The translations under genes and the position numbers were made by a program. Of a stretch of 64,000 bases of DNA, positions 52,598 through 64,000 are shown piece after piece. The notes below the pieces were generated by a model. That model made no database searches. It saw nothing but the letters and a program-made list of their open reading frames with translations, and had not been told where the DNA came from. Within the stretch, counting starts at the first letter, position 1, and each line of letters begins with the position of its first letter. Location of the stretch: the NCBI GenBank assembly GCA_026770705.1, contig JANJGN010000004.1:177010001-177074000 (forward strand), given 5' to 3'. Origin of the DNA: Isurus oxyrinchus (taxonomy: Eukaryota).

Positions 52598-53524
52598 GTA
52601 AGTTTGGTTCTGGCTGCTCTGCCGAGTCTGTAGTTTAGGCATCGTTTTACCGCCTTTCATTCATGTATTGGGAAAGAGACAGCAACAATAAACAAGGGGG
52701 CATTGCTTGATATGCTGCATGCATTTGATGTCTTCCGCCGTCGCCACACTAAAACTTGTTCCTATGTTTCGATGCAAAAGAGAAACCTCTCACTTCGCTC
52801 ACAATTTTGACTGAGGTCTGGCATTTGTTTCTGACATTCAACATTCCTGCAATGCCTGCCAAGTATTGGTCATGCTGTCCACTGCAGAGCAGTCCTTATT
52901 TTGATATTATGGTTGCCATCCCCACCCTTCTTGCTCTCTGTAAATTATGTGCTATTTTCTGTGCTTTATCTTTGCATTTGTTCAGCCTTTAATCCTGAGG
53001 CTACCATGTGCGAAACGGTGATGAAATATGCAGGAAAAATCCATTCATCATCCAATAGTTAACCAAATTTAAAACTGTGAATGTCATGAGCCATCATTAA
53101 ATATAATCAAGGCATTTATTTAAATTGTTTAAATAATGTATACTATCAATGGTTAACTACAACCCATGTGGGTTGTTTTCTTGCTGTCATGTACCAGAAT
53201 TAATTTATGGTAAACATACTGTATAACATTAAACCAAATTGAAAATAAAGGTTAAAATTACATCAGAGTGTTCATATGACATTCCTCCACTGGAACTTTG
53301 ACCAATTTAAAATTAGCCCCTCTGTTAAAATAGCAGACAGGAATGTCATGTGAATGTGCAAAGCATTTGTACCCTTATGTCCTGACTAGTCAATACCAAG
53401 CTTAAATGTTCAAGTTACCATGAACTAGCAAGTAGTTGATTTGGTGTATTCAGTATTATTACACAAGACAGACCAAAAAAAAATCCAAGGTTATCCAGGT
53501 TTTGTCTGTCAAATTAAAAACAAT

Positions 53525-53652
53525 GGGCTGAATTTTACAACCCCCTCCTGCCGACAGGATTTTCCAGTCCCACTGAAGTCAATGGACTTTTGAATGGCTT
53601 GCCACATTTCCCAGTTCTGTCCCTGTTGTGATAAGGCCATAAAATTCTGCCC
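53525..53652. mobile_element. Putative MITE (PIF/Harbinger-like)
   Basis: 128 bp with 13-bp TIRs GGGCTGAATTTTA / TAAAATTCTGCCC (1 mismatch). Confidence 0.65.
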
Positions 53653-53814
53653 GGATTTGTCAAAAATCGTACAACACCAAAGGAGGTCATCCATCCCACT
53701 GACCCAGCGACGCACTTTCCAGGAGCAACTTAGTTGGTCTGCTCTCCTGTTCTTTCCCAGTATACCTGCATTTTTTTTCTCCTTCAGTTATTTATCCATT
53801 TCCCTTCTGACAGC

Positions 53815-54285
53815 AACGATGGAGGGATTTTCTTATGAGGAGAGGTTGAGTAAGTTGGGCTTGTACTCATTGGAGTTGAGAAGAATGAGAGGCGACCTTA
53901 TTGAAACAAATAGGATTCTTAGGGGGCTTGACAAGGTAGATGCTGAGAGGATGTTTCCCCTTGTGGGAGAGTCTAGGTCCAGAGGGCATAATCTTGGAGT
54001 AAGGGGTCGTCCATTTAAAACAGAGAGGAGGAGGAATTTACTCTCTCAGAGGGCAGTGAACCTGTGGAATTCTTTATTGTAGAGGGTTGTAGAAGCTGGA
54101 TCATTAAGTACCTTCAAGGTGGAGATAGACAGATTTTTAATCAGTAAAGGAATCAAGAGTTATGGGGAAAAGGCAGGAAAGTGGAGTTGAGGATTGTAAG
54201 ATCAGCCATGATTTCATTGAATTGTGGAGCAGACTCGATGGGCCGAATGGCCTACTTCTGCTGCTATGTCTTATAGTCTTATAGT
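53815..54285 (+). mobile_element. CR1 3' fragment
   Basis: SYEERLSKLGLYSLELRRMRGDLIET motif and tail. Confidence 0.9.
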
Positions 54286-54364
54286 CTATGTACCCATCAC
54301 TCTGTCTGGACGCACATTCTAAATCCTAATCATTTGCTGTGTAAAAACAATTTTCCTCTTTTTT

Positions 54365-56495
54365 TTATTCATTCATGGGATTTGGCTCTGCTGGCTAGGC
54401 CAGCATTTGATTGCCCATCTCTAATTGCCCTTGAGAAGATCGTGGTGAGCTGCCATCTTGAACCGCTATAGTCCACATGGTGTAGGTACACCCACAGTGC
54501 TGTTAGGGAGGGAGTTCCAGGATTTTGACCCAGCAACAGTAAAGGAATGGTGATATATTTCCAAGTCAGGAAGTTGAGTGACTTAGCGGGGCACATCCAA
54601 GTGGTGGTGTTCCCATGTGTCTGCTGCCCTTGTCCTTCCAGATAGTGGCTGTGGGTTTGGAAGGTGCTGTCTAAGGAGCCTTGGTGAATTCCTGCAGTGC
54701 CTCTTGTAGATGGTACACACTGTATGTCAGTGGTAGAGGGAGTGAATGTTTGTGGATGTAGTGCCAATCAAGTTGGTTGGCTTTGTCCTGGATGGTGTCA
54801 AGCTTCTTGAATGTCATTGGAGCTGCACTCATCCAAGCAAGTGGAAAGTATTTTATCACACTCCTGACTTGTGCCTTGTAGATGGTGGACAGGCTTTGGT
54901 GAGTCAGGAGGTGAGCTACTCACCTCAGGATTCCTAGCCTCTGATCTGCCCTTGTAGCCACAGTATTTATATGGCTAATCCAGTTCAGTTTCTGCTCAAT
55001 GATAACCATCAGGTTGAAAGTGGGGGATTTAGCAACGGTAATGCCATTGAATGTCAAGGGGCGATGGTTAGATTCTCTCTTGTTGGTGATGGTCATTGCC
55101 TGGCACTTGTGTAGTGTGAATGTTACTTGCCAATTGTCAGCCCAAGCCTGGATATTGTCCAGGTCTTGCTGCATTTGAACATGGACTGCTTCAGTATCTG
55201 AGGGGTTGCAAATGGTGCTTAACATTGTGGAACCATCAGTGAACATCCCCAATTCTGACCTTATGATGGAAGGAAGATCATTGATGAAGCAGCTGAAGAT
55301 GGTTGGGTCTAGGATACTAACCTGAGGAACTCCTGCAGTGGTGTCCTGGAACTGAGATGATTGACTTCCAACAGCCACTACTATCTTCCTTTGTGCTAGA
55401 TATGACTCCAACTCCAAGAGTTTTCCCCCTGATTTCCATTGACTCCAGATTTGCTAGGTGTCATTTATGTCACACTCGGTCAAATGCTGCCTTGATGTCA
55501 AGGGCAGTCACTCTCACCTCACCTCTGGAATTCAGCTCTTTTTTCCATGTTTGAACCAAGGCTGCAATGAGGTCAGGGGCTGACTGACCCTAGCGGAACC
55601 CAAACTGAGCATCTGTAAGCAGGTTATTGTTAAGCAAGTGCCGCTTGATAGCACTGTTGATGACCTATTCCCTCAGTTTACTGATGATGCAGAGTAGACT
55701 GATGGGGCAGTAATTGGCTGGGTTGGATTTGTCCTGCTTTTTGTGCACAGAACATACTTGGGCAATTTTCCACATTGCTGGGTAGATGCCAGTGTTGTAG
55801 CTGTACTGGAACAGCTTGGCTAGGGGCACGGCAAGCTCTGGAGCACAAGTGTTCAGTACTATTGCTGGAATATTGTCAGGGCCCACAGCCATTGCAGTAT
55901 CCAATGTCTTCAGCTGTTCCTTGATGTCATGTGGAGTGAATCGTATTGACTGAAGATTAACATCTGTGATCCTGGGGACCGCTGGAGGAGGCCGAGATGG
56001 ATCATCCACCTTGCACTTCTGGCTGAAGATTGTTGCAAGTGCTTCAGCCTTATCTTTTGCACTGACATGCTGGACTCCCCCATAATTGAGGATAGGGATA
56101 TTTGTGGACCCTCCTCCTCCAGTGAGTTGTTTAATTGTCCAGCACCAGTCTAGAGCTATGTCCTTTAGAACATAGTTAACTCGGTCTGTCGTGGTGCTAC
56201 CAAGCCACTCTTGGTGATGAACGTTGAAGCCCCCCAGCCAGAGTACATTCTGCATCCTTGCCACCCTCAGTGCTTCCTCCAAGTGGTGTTCAACATGGAG
56301 GAGCACTGATTCATCAGTTGAGGGAGGGCGGTACGTGATAATCAGCAGGAGGTTTCCTTGCCCATGTTTGACCTGATGCCATGAGACTTCATGGGGTCCG
56401 GAATCGATGTTGAAGACTCTCGGGGCAACTCCCTCCTGACTGTATACCACTGTGCCACCACCTCTGCTTGGTCTGTTCTGGCGGTGGATCAGGAT
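54365..56495 (-). mobile_element. CR1/L2-group LINE, endonuclease + RT, degenerate
   Basis: ITYRPPS..GGFNVHHQEWLG (APE), AVGPDNIP, NYCPISLL, AGVPQVSIL..FINDLP. Confidence 0.92.
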
Positions 56496-56787
56496 ATACC
56501 AGAGATGGTGATGGTGTTGTCTTTGCTTCTGCTGCCAGTCACCATAAATCTTTGTCCTCTGGTTATCAACTCTTCCGGCACTGGAAACACCTACTATTTA
56601 ATTACTCTATCGAAACTCATCATGATTTTAAACATCTCTATCTCATCCCCTCTTAGCCTTCTCTGCTTGAAGAAGAACCCAAAATTCTCAGTCTGTCCAT
56701 ATAACTGTATTCGCTCAGCCCCAGAACCAATCTAGTAAATCTTTCTGTACCCTTTCCAAAACCTCCACATCATTCCTAAAGTGTGAA

Positions 56788-58062
56788 ACATAGAAACTAG
56801 GAGCAGGGGTAGGCCATTCAGCCCTTCAGACCTGTTCCGTTATTCAATATGATCATGGCAGATCCTCTAGCTCAACACCATATTCCTGCTTTCTGTCCAT
56901 ATCCCTTGATGCCCCTAATATCCAAAAAAAATCAATTTCTTTCTTGAATATGCTTAGTGACCCAGCCACCACAGCCTTCTGTGGTAGAGAATTCCACAGG
57001 TTGACCACCCTCTGAGTGAAGAAATTTTTCCTCATCTCAGTCCTAAATGGCCTACCCCGTCCCCTGAGACTGTGGCCCTAGTTCTAGATTACCCAACCAG
57101 GTGAAACATCCTCCCTGCATCTACCCTGTCTAGCCCTGTTAGAATTTTTTACGTTTCAATCAGATCCCCTCTCATTCTTCGAAACTCTAGTGAATACAAG
57201 CCCAGTTGATCCAATCTCTCCTCATACGACAGTCCTGCCATCCCCGGTATCAGCCTAGTGAACCTTCACTGCACTCTCTCTATGGCAAGCATATCCTTTC
57301 TTAGGTAGGGAGACCAAAACTGCACGCAATACTCCAGATGAGATCTCACCAAGGCCTTGTATAACTGCTGTAAGACATCTCTACTTCTGAACTCAAATCC
57401 TCTTGCAATGAAGGCCAATGTACAATTTGCCTTCCTAATTGCTTGCTGCACCTGCCTGTTTACTTTCATTGACTGGTGTTCAAGGGCACCCAGATCCCTT
57501 TGTACATCCACATTTCCCAATATATCGCCATTTAAATAATACTCTTTCTTTCTGTTTTTCACATCGAAGCATATAACTTCACATTTATCCATGTTATACT
57601 GCATTTGCCATGTATTTTCCCACACAGACAACTTGTCTAAATTGCCCTGAAGCCTCCTTGCATCCTCCTCACAGCTCACAACCCCACCCAGTTTTGTGTC
57701 ATCAGCAAACTTGGAAATATTGCATTTGATTTCCTCATCCAAGTCATTGATATATATTGTGAACAGCTGGGGCCCAAGCACTGATCCCTGTGGTACACCA
57801 CTAGTCATTGCCTGCCATCTTGAAAAAGACCCATTTATTCCCAATCTCGGTTTCGGTCTATCAACCAATTCTCAATCCATGCCAGTACGTTACCCCCTGA
57901 TCCCATATGCTTTAATTTTGCCTACTACCTCTTATGTGGGGCCTTATCAAAAGCTTGCTTGAAATCCAAATCCACTGGTTCTCCCTTATCTACTTTACAT
58001 CCTCAAAAGACTCCAGTAGATTAGTTAGGCATGATTTCCCTTTCACAAACCCATGCTGACTT
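56788..58062 (-). mobile_element. CR1 RT 3' part
   Basis: SGVPQGSVLGPQLFTIYINDLD..KFADDTKL (57266-57868). Confidence 0.93.
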
Positions 58063-58064
58063 TA

Positions 58065-60456
58065 ATTACATAGAGACTAGAAGCAGGAGTAGGCCATTTG
58101 GCCCCTCGAGCCTGCTCTGCCATTCATCCTGATCATCCAACTCAATAGCCTGCTCCCACTTTCTCCCCATATCCTTTGATCCCTTTCACCCCAAGAGCTT
58201 TATCTAACTCCTCCTTGAAAACATACAATGTTTTAGCCTCAACTACTTTCTGTGGTAACGAATTCCACAGGCTCACCACTCTCTGGGTGAAGAAATTTCT
58301 CCTCATCTCAGTCCTAAATGGTCTACCCCATATCCTCAGACTGTGACCCCTGGTCCTGGACTCCCCAACCATCGGGAACATCCTTCCTGCATCTACCCTG
58401 TCTAGTCTTGTTAGAATTTTATAGGTTTCTATGAGATCACCCCTCATTCTTCTGAACTCCAGTGAATATAATCCTAACCGACTCAATCTCTCCTCATATG
58501 TCAGTCCCACCATCCTAGGAATCAGTATAGTAAACCTTTGCTGCATTCCCTTTATAGCAAGTACATCTTTCCTCAGGCAAGGAGACCAAAACTGCACACA
58601 ATATTCCAGATGTGGTCTCACCAAGGCCCTGTACAATTGCAGCAAGACATCACTGCTCCTGTACTCGAATCCTCTGGCTATGAAGGCCAACATACCATTT
58701 GTCTTCTTTACCGCCTGCTGCACCTGCATGCTTACCTTCAGCGACTGGTGTACGAGAACACCCAGGTCTCGTTGCACATTCCCCTCTCTCAATTTATAGC
58801 CATTCAAGTAATAATCTGCTTTCCTGTTTTTGCCACCAAAGTGGATAACCTTGCATTTATCCACATTATACTGCATCTGCCAAGCATTTGCCCACTCACT
58901 CAGCTTGTCCAAATCACACTGAAGCACTTCTGCATCTTCCTCACAGCTCACCATCCCACTCAGCTTTGTGTTATCTGCAAACTTGGAGATATTACATTTA
59001 GTTCCCTCATCGAAATCATTAATATATATTGTGAATAACTGGGATCCTAGAACCGATCCCTGCGGTACCCCACTAGTCACTGCCTGCCATTCGGAAAAAG
59101 ACCCATTTATTCCTACTCTTTGTTTCCTGCCTGACAACCAGTTTTCTACACATTTCAATACACTACCCCAAATCCCATGCGCTTTAATTTTATACTCCAA
59201 TCCCTTATGTGGGACTTTGTCAAAAGCCTTCTGAAAGTCCAAATAAACCACTGGCTCCCCCTCATCAACTCTACTAGTTACATCCTCGAAAAATTCCAGA
59301 TTTGTCAAGCATGAATTCCCTTTCAGAAATCCATGCTGACTCTGTCCGATTCTGCCACTGTTTTCCAAGTGCTCAGCTATTAAATCTTTTATAATGGACT
59401 CTAGAATTTTCTCCACTATTGACATCAGGCTGACTGGACTATAATTCCCTGTTTTCTCTCTGCCTCCCTTTTTAAATAGTGAGGTTACATTAGCTACCCT
59501 CCAATCTGTAGGAACTGTTCCAGAGTCTATAGAATCTCAGAAGATTACCAGCAATGCATCCACTATTTCTAGGGCAACTTACTTAAGTAATCTGGGATGT
59601 AGATTATCAGGCCCTGGGGATTTATCGGCCTTCAATCCCATCAATTTCCCCAACACCATTTTCCTACTAATACTGATTTCTTTCAGCTCCTCACTCTCAC
59701 TAAACCCTGTGTTCCTCAACATTTCTGGTATGTTATTTGTGTCCTCCTTTGTGAAGACAGAACCAAAATATGTATTTAGTTAGTCAGCCATTTTGTTCCT
59801 CATTATAAATTCACCTGTTTCTGACTGTAAAGGACCTAAATTTGTCTTCACCAATCTTTTTCTCTTCACATACCTATAGAAACTTTTACAGTCAGTCTTT
59901 ATGTTCCCTGCAAGCTCTCGTACTCTATTTTCCCCTTCTTAACCAACCCCTTGGCCCCCCCTTTGCTGAATTCTAAACTGCTCCCAATCCTCAGGTCTGT
60001 TGCTTTTTCTGGCCAATTTGTATGCCTCTCCCTTGGATCTAATACTATCTCTAATTTCCCTCGTAAGCCATGGTTTGGCCACCTTTCCTGTTTTACTTTT
60101 GCACCAGACAGGAATAAACAATTGTTGCAGTTCACCCATGCGCTCTTTGAACGTTTGCCATTGCCTATCCACTGACATCCCTTTAAATAACGTTTCCCAA
60201 TCCATCATAGCCAACTCATGCCTCAAACCATCGTAGTTTCCTTTATTAAGATTCAGAACCCTCGTTTCAGAATCAATTATATCACTTTCCATCTTGATTA
60301 AGAATTCTATCATATTATGGTCGCTCATCCCCAAGGGGCCTTACACAGCTAGATTGCCAATTATTCCTTTCTCATTCCACAATACCCAGTCTAGGATGGC
60401 CTGTTCTCTAGTTGGTTCTTCAACCTATTGGTCCAGAAAAACATCCCATATGTACT
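58065..60456 (-). mobile_element. Younger 5'-truncated CR1 with an uninterrupted 427-aa RT/C-terminal frame
   Basis: ORF 58142-59425 (QHGF, YLDFQKAFDKVPH, GVPQGSVLG, FADN instead of FADD). Confidence 0.95.
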
Positions 60457-60487
60457 CCTCATAGTTCCCTTTATTTAGATTCAGGAC

Positions 60488-62240
60488 TTTTACAGTCAGT
60501 TTTTATGTTCCCTGCAAGTTTACTCTCATACGCCATTTTCCCCTTCTTGATCAACCATTTTGCCCACTTTTGCTGAATTCTAAACTGCTTCCAATCCTCA
60601 GGCTTGCTGCTTTTTCTGGCAAGTTATATGTCTCCTTTTTGGATCTAATACTATCCCTAATTGTAATCGATGGTTGAGCCATCTTTCTTGTTTTTTTTTA
60701 TGCCAGACAGGAATGAATAATTGTTATAATTTATGCATATGTTTATTGCCTATCCACCGTCAACACTTTTAATAAGGTTCCCCAATCCATCATTGCCAAC
60801 TCATGCCTCATAGTTCCCTTTATTTAGATTCAGGACCCTAGTTTCAGATTCAATTTCTTCACTCTCCATCTTAATGGACAATTCTATCATTTTATGGTCG
60901 CTCTTCCTCAAGAGACCCTACACAACAAGGTTGTTAATTAATCCTTTCTCATGGCACGATACCCAGTCTAGGATAGCCTGCTCTCTTGTTGGTTCCTCAA
61001 TGTATTGGTAAAAAAAAACATCTCGTACACACTCCAGGAAATCCTCCCAAGCAGTATTATTGCTAGTTTGCTTTGTCCTATCTATGTGTAGATTAAAGTC
61101 ACCCATGAATATAGTTGTACTCTTATTACATGCATGTCTAATTTCCTGTTTAATGCCTTCTCTTACATCTCTGTTACTATGTGCGGGCCTATAGACAACC
61201 CCCACCAACGTTTTCTACCCCTTGATGTTTCTTATCTCCACCCAAGCAGATTCCACATCATGATTTTCTGAGCCAATATCCTTCCCCACTATTGCATTGA
61301 TTTCCTCCTTTACTAACAGTGCTACCCCACCTCCTTTCCCTATTTGTCTGTCCTTCCTAAGTATTGAATACTCCTGGATATTCAGTTCCCATCCTTGATC
61401 CCCCTTGAGCCATGCCTCCATAATTGTAACTATATCATAACTGTTTATATCTATTTGTGCTGTTAATTCATCTATCTTATTGCAAATGCTCCGTGCGTTA
61501 AGACACAATACCTTTAGACTTGTCTTTTTAACCTTGTTAGTCTTCTTAGCTTTATTTTGCACAATGACCCCATTTGTTTTCTGCCCTTGTTATTTCTGCC
61601 TTCCACTTTTGCTTCTTTTCTGTCTTTCATTTCTATCCTTGTTTCCCCCTCCTCTGTCTCCCTGCTCAGGTTCCCATCCCCCTGCCATTCTAGTTTAAAC
61701 CCTCCCCCACAGCACTAGCAACACGCTCACCCCCCCCCACCCCCTCCAACAAGGACATTGGTCCCGGTCCTGTCCAGATGCAACCCGTCCTGTTTGTACT
61801 GGTCCCAGCTTTCCCAGAACTGGTCCCAATGTCCCAGAAATCTGAATCCCTCCCCTCTACACCATTTCTTCAGCCTTGTATTCATCTGATATATCCTGTT
61901 ATTTCTACTCTCGCTAGCACATGGCACTGGTAGTAATACTGAGATTATTACCGTTAAAGTCCTACTTTTTAATTCACATCCTAACTCCTTATATTCAGCT
62001 TGTAGGAGCTCATCCCTTTTTTCACCTATGTCATTGGTACCAATATGTATCTTGACCACAGACTGTTCACCCTGTCCCTTCAGAATGTCCTGCAGCCTCT
62101 CCAAGACATCCTTGACCCCGGCACCGGGGAGGCAACATGCCATCCTGGAGTCTCTTTTGCGGCCACAGAAATGCCTGTTTGTTCCCCTTACTATTGAATC
62201 CCCTGTCACTATAGCCCTGCCACTCTTCTTTCTCCACTCT
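60488..62240 (-). mobile_element. CR1 5' part (ORF1 esterase, APE endonuclease)
   Basis: IVTGDSIVRG..CCLPGAGVKD..HIGTNDI..DGLHL (61727-62287); CLNARSICNK, GVVYRP, MGDFNL. Confidence 0.93.
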
Positions 62241-63711
62241 TGTGGTGCCCAGAATTGGACAAAATGCTCTAGCTGGTGACGAACCACTTATGTAGATCTA
62301 TTGTAACTTCCTGGCTTTTATATGTCTGTATTTTTGGAGACCAAGTTCCCATATGCTTTGTTAATTAATGTGTTAACCTCTCCTGCCACCTTCACAGAAT
62401 TGTGCACAAGTACCCCCAGGAATCTTTGTTCTTGCCCTGTCCCCCTCCTTTAAAATGATATCTTTAGCTTATATTGTCCCTCCTCATTTTTCCTTCTAAC
62501 TCTTTACTGCACTAAATTTTATCTGCCTTGTGTCCACCCATTCCAACATCCTGTCTATGTCCTCTTGAAGCCTATTACTACCTTATTTATTGTTTACTAC
62601 ATTTACAGGCAGGGTGGCCAAACCCTGGTCAAAATTTACAGGACACTTTAGCTTGCAAGGGCAGATCTGAAAGAGTGGGAGATGTTGGATGGGGGTGGGG
62701 GTGGGGGGGGGGGGGGGGGGTGGCGGGGGCCGCTGTCGGGGGGGCTGTTGCCAAAGTTGTTCAAGTCAGAGATTGGAGAGCATAGCGCGCTGCTCATGTG
62801 CGTGTGCATACTATGTTGATGGGAAGCTCTAACCTCTCAGTTACAGGACAAACAGCATCCCAGATGCAGGCAGCCCAGGATACAGGACAACCACCCTGAA
62901 TTTGGAATGATCCAGTGAAATCCAGGACAGTCAGTTGCCCTGCTTCCAAATTTCGTGCTCTCTGCAAATTTCAGAATTGTTCTCCGTATTCCCAAGTCCA
63001 AGTCATTAATGTACATCAAAACTGCAGTGGGCCTAGTACTTAACCTTGGTAAACTCTACTATACACTTGTCTTCATCCTGAAAAAGCAAGACATCACCAT
63101 ATGTCATTGGTTTCTATCCCTTAGTTAATTTTATATCCATGCTTCCACTGCCCTTTTATCCTATGGCCTTCAATTTCCCCAACAAGCTTATAAGAATCAT
63201 AGAGTCATAGAGGTCTGCAGCACAGAGAAAGGTCCTTTGGCCCATCGAGTCTGCGCTGGTCAAATAAGTACCTAACTATTCTAATCCCATTGACAGCCAA
63301 CATGCAGCATCTGCGGAGAGCGAAAAATAGAGCTAATGGTTCAGGTTGATAACCTCTCCAGCTCTTTCTGTTTTTAGTTCAGATTTCCAGCAGTGTTCTG
63401 CTTTTGTTTTGGTTGTGGAACTCCATGCTAATCCAGTTCTACAACTACCCTGCAGGACCTCTTCTAAAAATCCATTGGTCATGTGTGATCGATATTTCAC
63501 ACACCGCCCTATACATTCACTCCCTCCACTACTGACACACAATGGCAGCAGCATGTACCATTTACAAGATGCACCATGGCAACTTGCCAAGCTTCCATCA
63601 ACAGCACCTTCCAAACCCATGACCTCTACCAATTAGAAGGACAAGGGCGGCAGAAGTATGAGAACATCACCAGCTTCAAGTTCCCCTCCAAACCACACAC
63701 CATCCTGGTTT

Positions 63712-64000
63712 TGGGCAGGAGTCCTCTCCCAGTTCAACAGATCCTTTTACCCATCTCCAATATTCTCCCTCCACCTGGACCCCTCCCTCTGGATTCTTAC
63801 CTTCTCTTGATCTTTTCATTGAGAACTGTCGGCGCGACATTAGTCGTCTCAATTTCTCTGCTCCTCTCACCCATTCTAACCTGTCTCTCTCTGAACTTAC
63901 TGCACTCCATTCTCTCAGGTCCAACCCTGACATTGTCATCAAACCCGCTGACAAGGGTGGTGCTGTTGTTGTCTGGCGCACTGACCTCTACCTCGCGGAG
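63712..64000 (+). mobile_element. Penelope-like element, RT N-terminal region running off the window
   Basis: Plus frame reads PPSGFLPSLDLFIENCRRDISRLN..LRSNPDIVIKPADKGGAVVVWRTDLYLAE; IKPADKG is typical of PLE RTs. Confidence 0.88.

Noticed and set aside
58142-59425. Intact or domesticated reverse transcriptase gene
   Set aside because: Part of a 5'-truncated CR1; catalytic FADD is FADN and the upstream frame is broken
62606-62945. Possible hAT-like MITE (GCAGGGTGGCCAA ... GTTGCCCTGC)
   Set aside because: TIR match too weak and no 8-bp TSD
52598-64000. ASB5 exon 2 (GSWADRSPLHEAA...)
   Set aside because: Not found; this region is almost entirely TEs, so the exon presumably lies beyond the window

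Overview
Vertebrate genomic DNA, most likely a cartilaginous fish (shark-type repeat landscape; species not determinable). It is repeat-rich, with three N gaps at about 31.3-32.2 kb. Two genes lie head-to-head as in the human ASB5/SPCS3 locus. SPCS3 (signal peptidase complex subunit 3) is on the minus strand: coding exons 2-5 are fully resolved, intron 2 is a U12-type AT-AC minor intron, and exon 1 was not found (probably inside the gaps). ASB5 is on the plus strand with only its first coding exon (52405-52597) found. Most of the rest is decayed CR1-type LINEs, a second CR1/L2-group LINE family, Penelope-like elements (RT + GIY-YIG), SINEs, MITEs and minisatellites; most ORFs in the track are TE fragments or spurious. 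The most unusual structures are: a tandem cluster of tRNA-Thr(UGU)-like units (23.4-24.1 kb); a perfect 199-bp palindrome of a Penelope terminal repeat centred on a variant hammerhead-ribozyme-like core, with related copies folding back at the same point; and two locally templated duplications. No prokaryote-type novel system is supported. All homology calls are from recalled sequences, not database searches, and TE boundaries are approximate.
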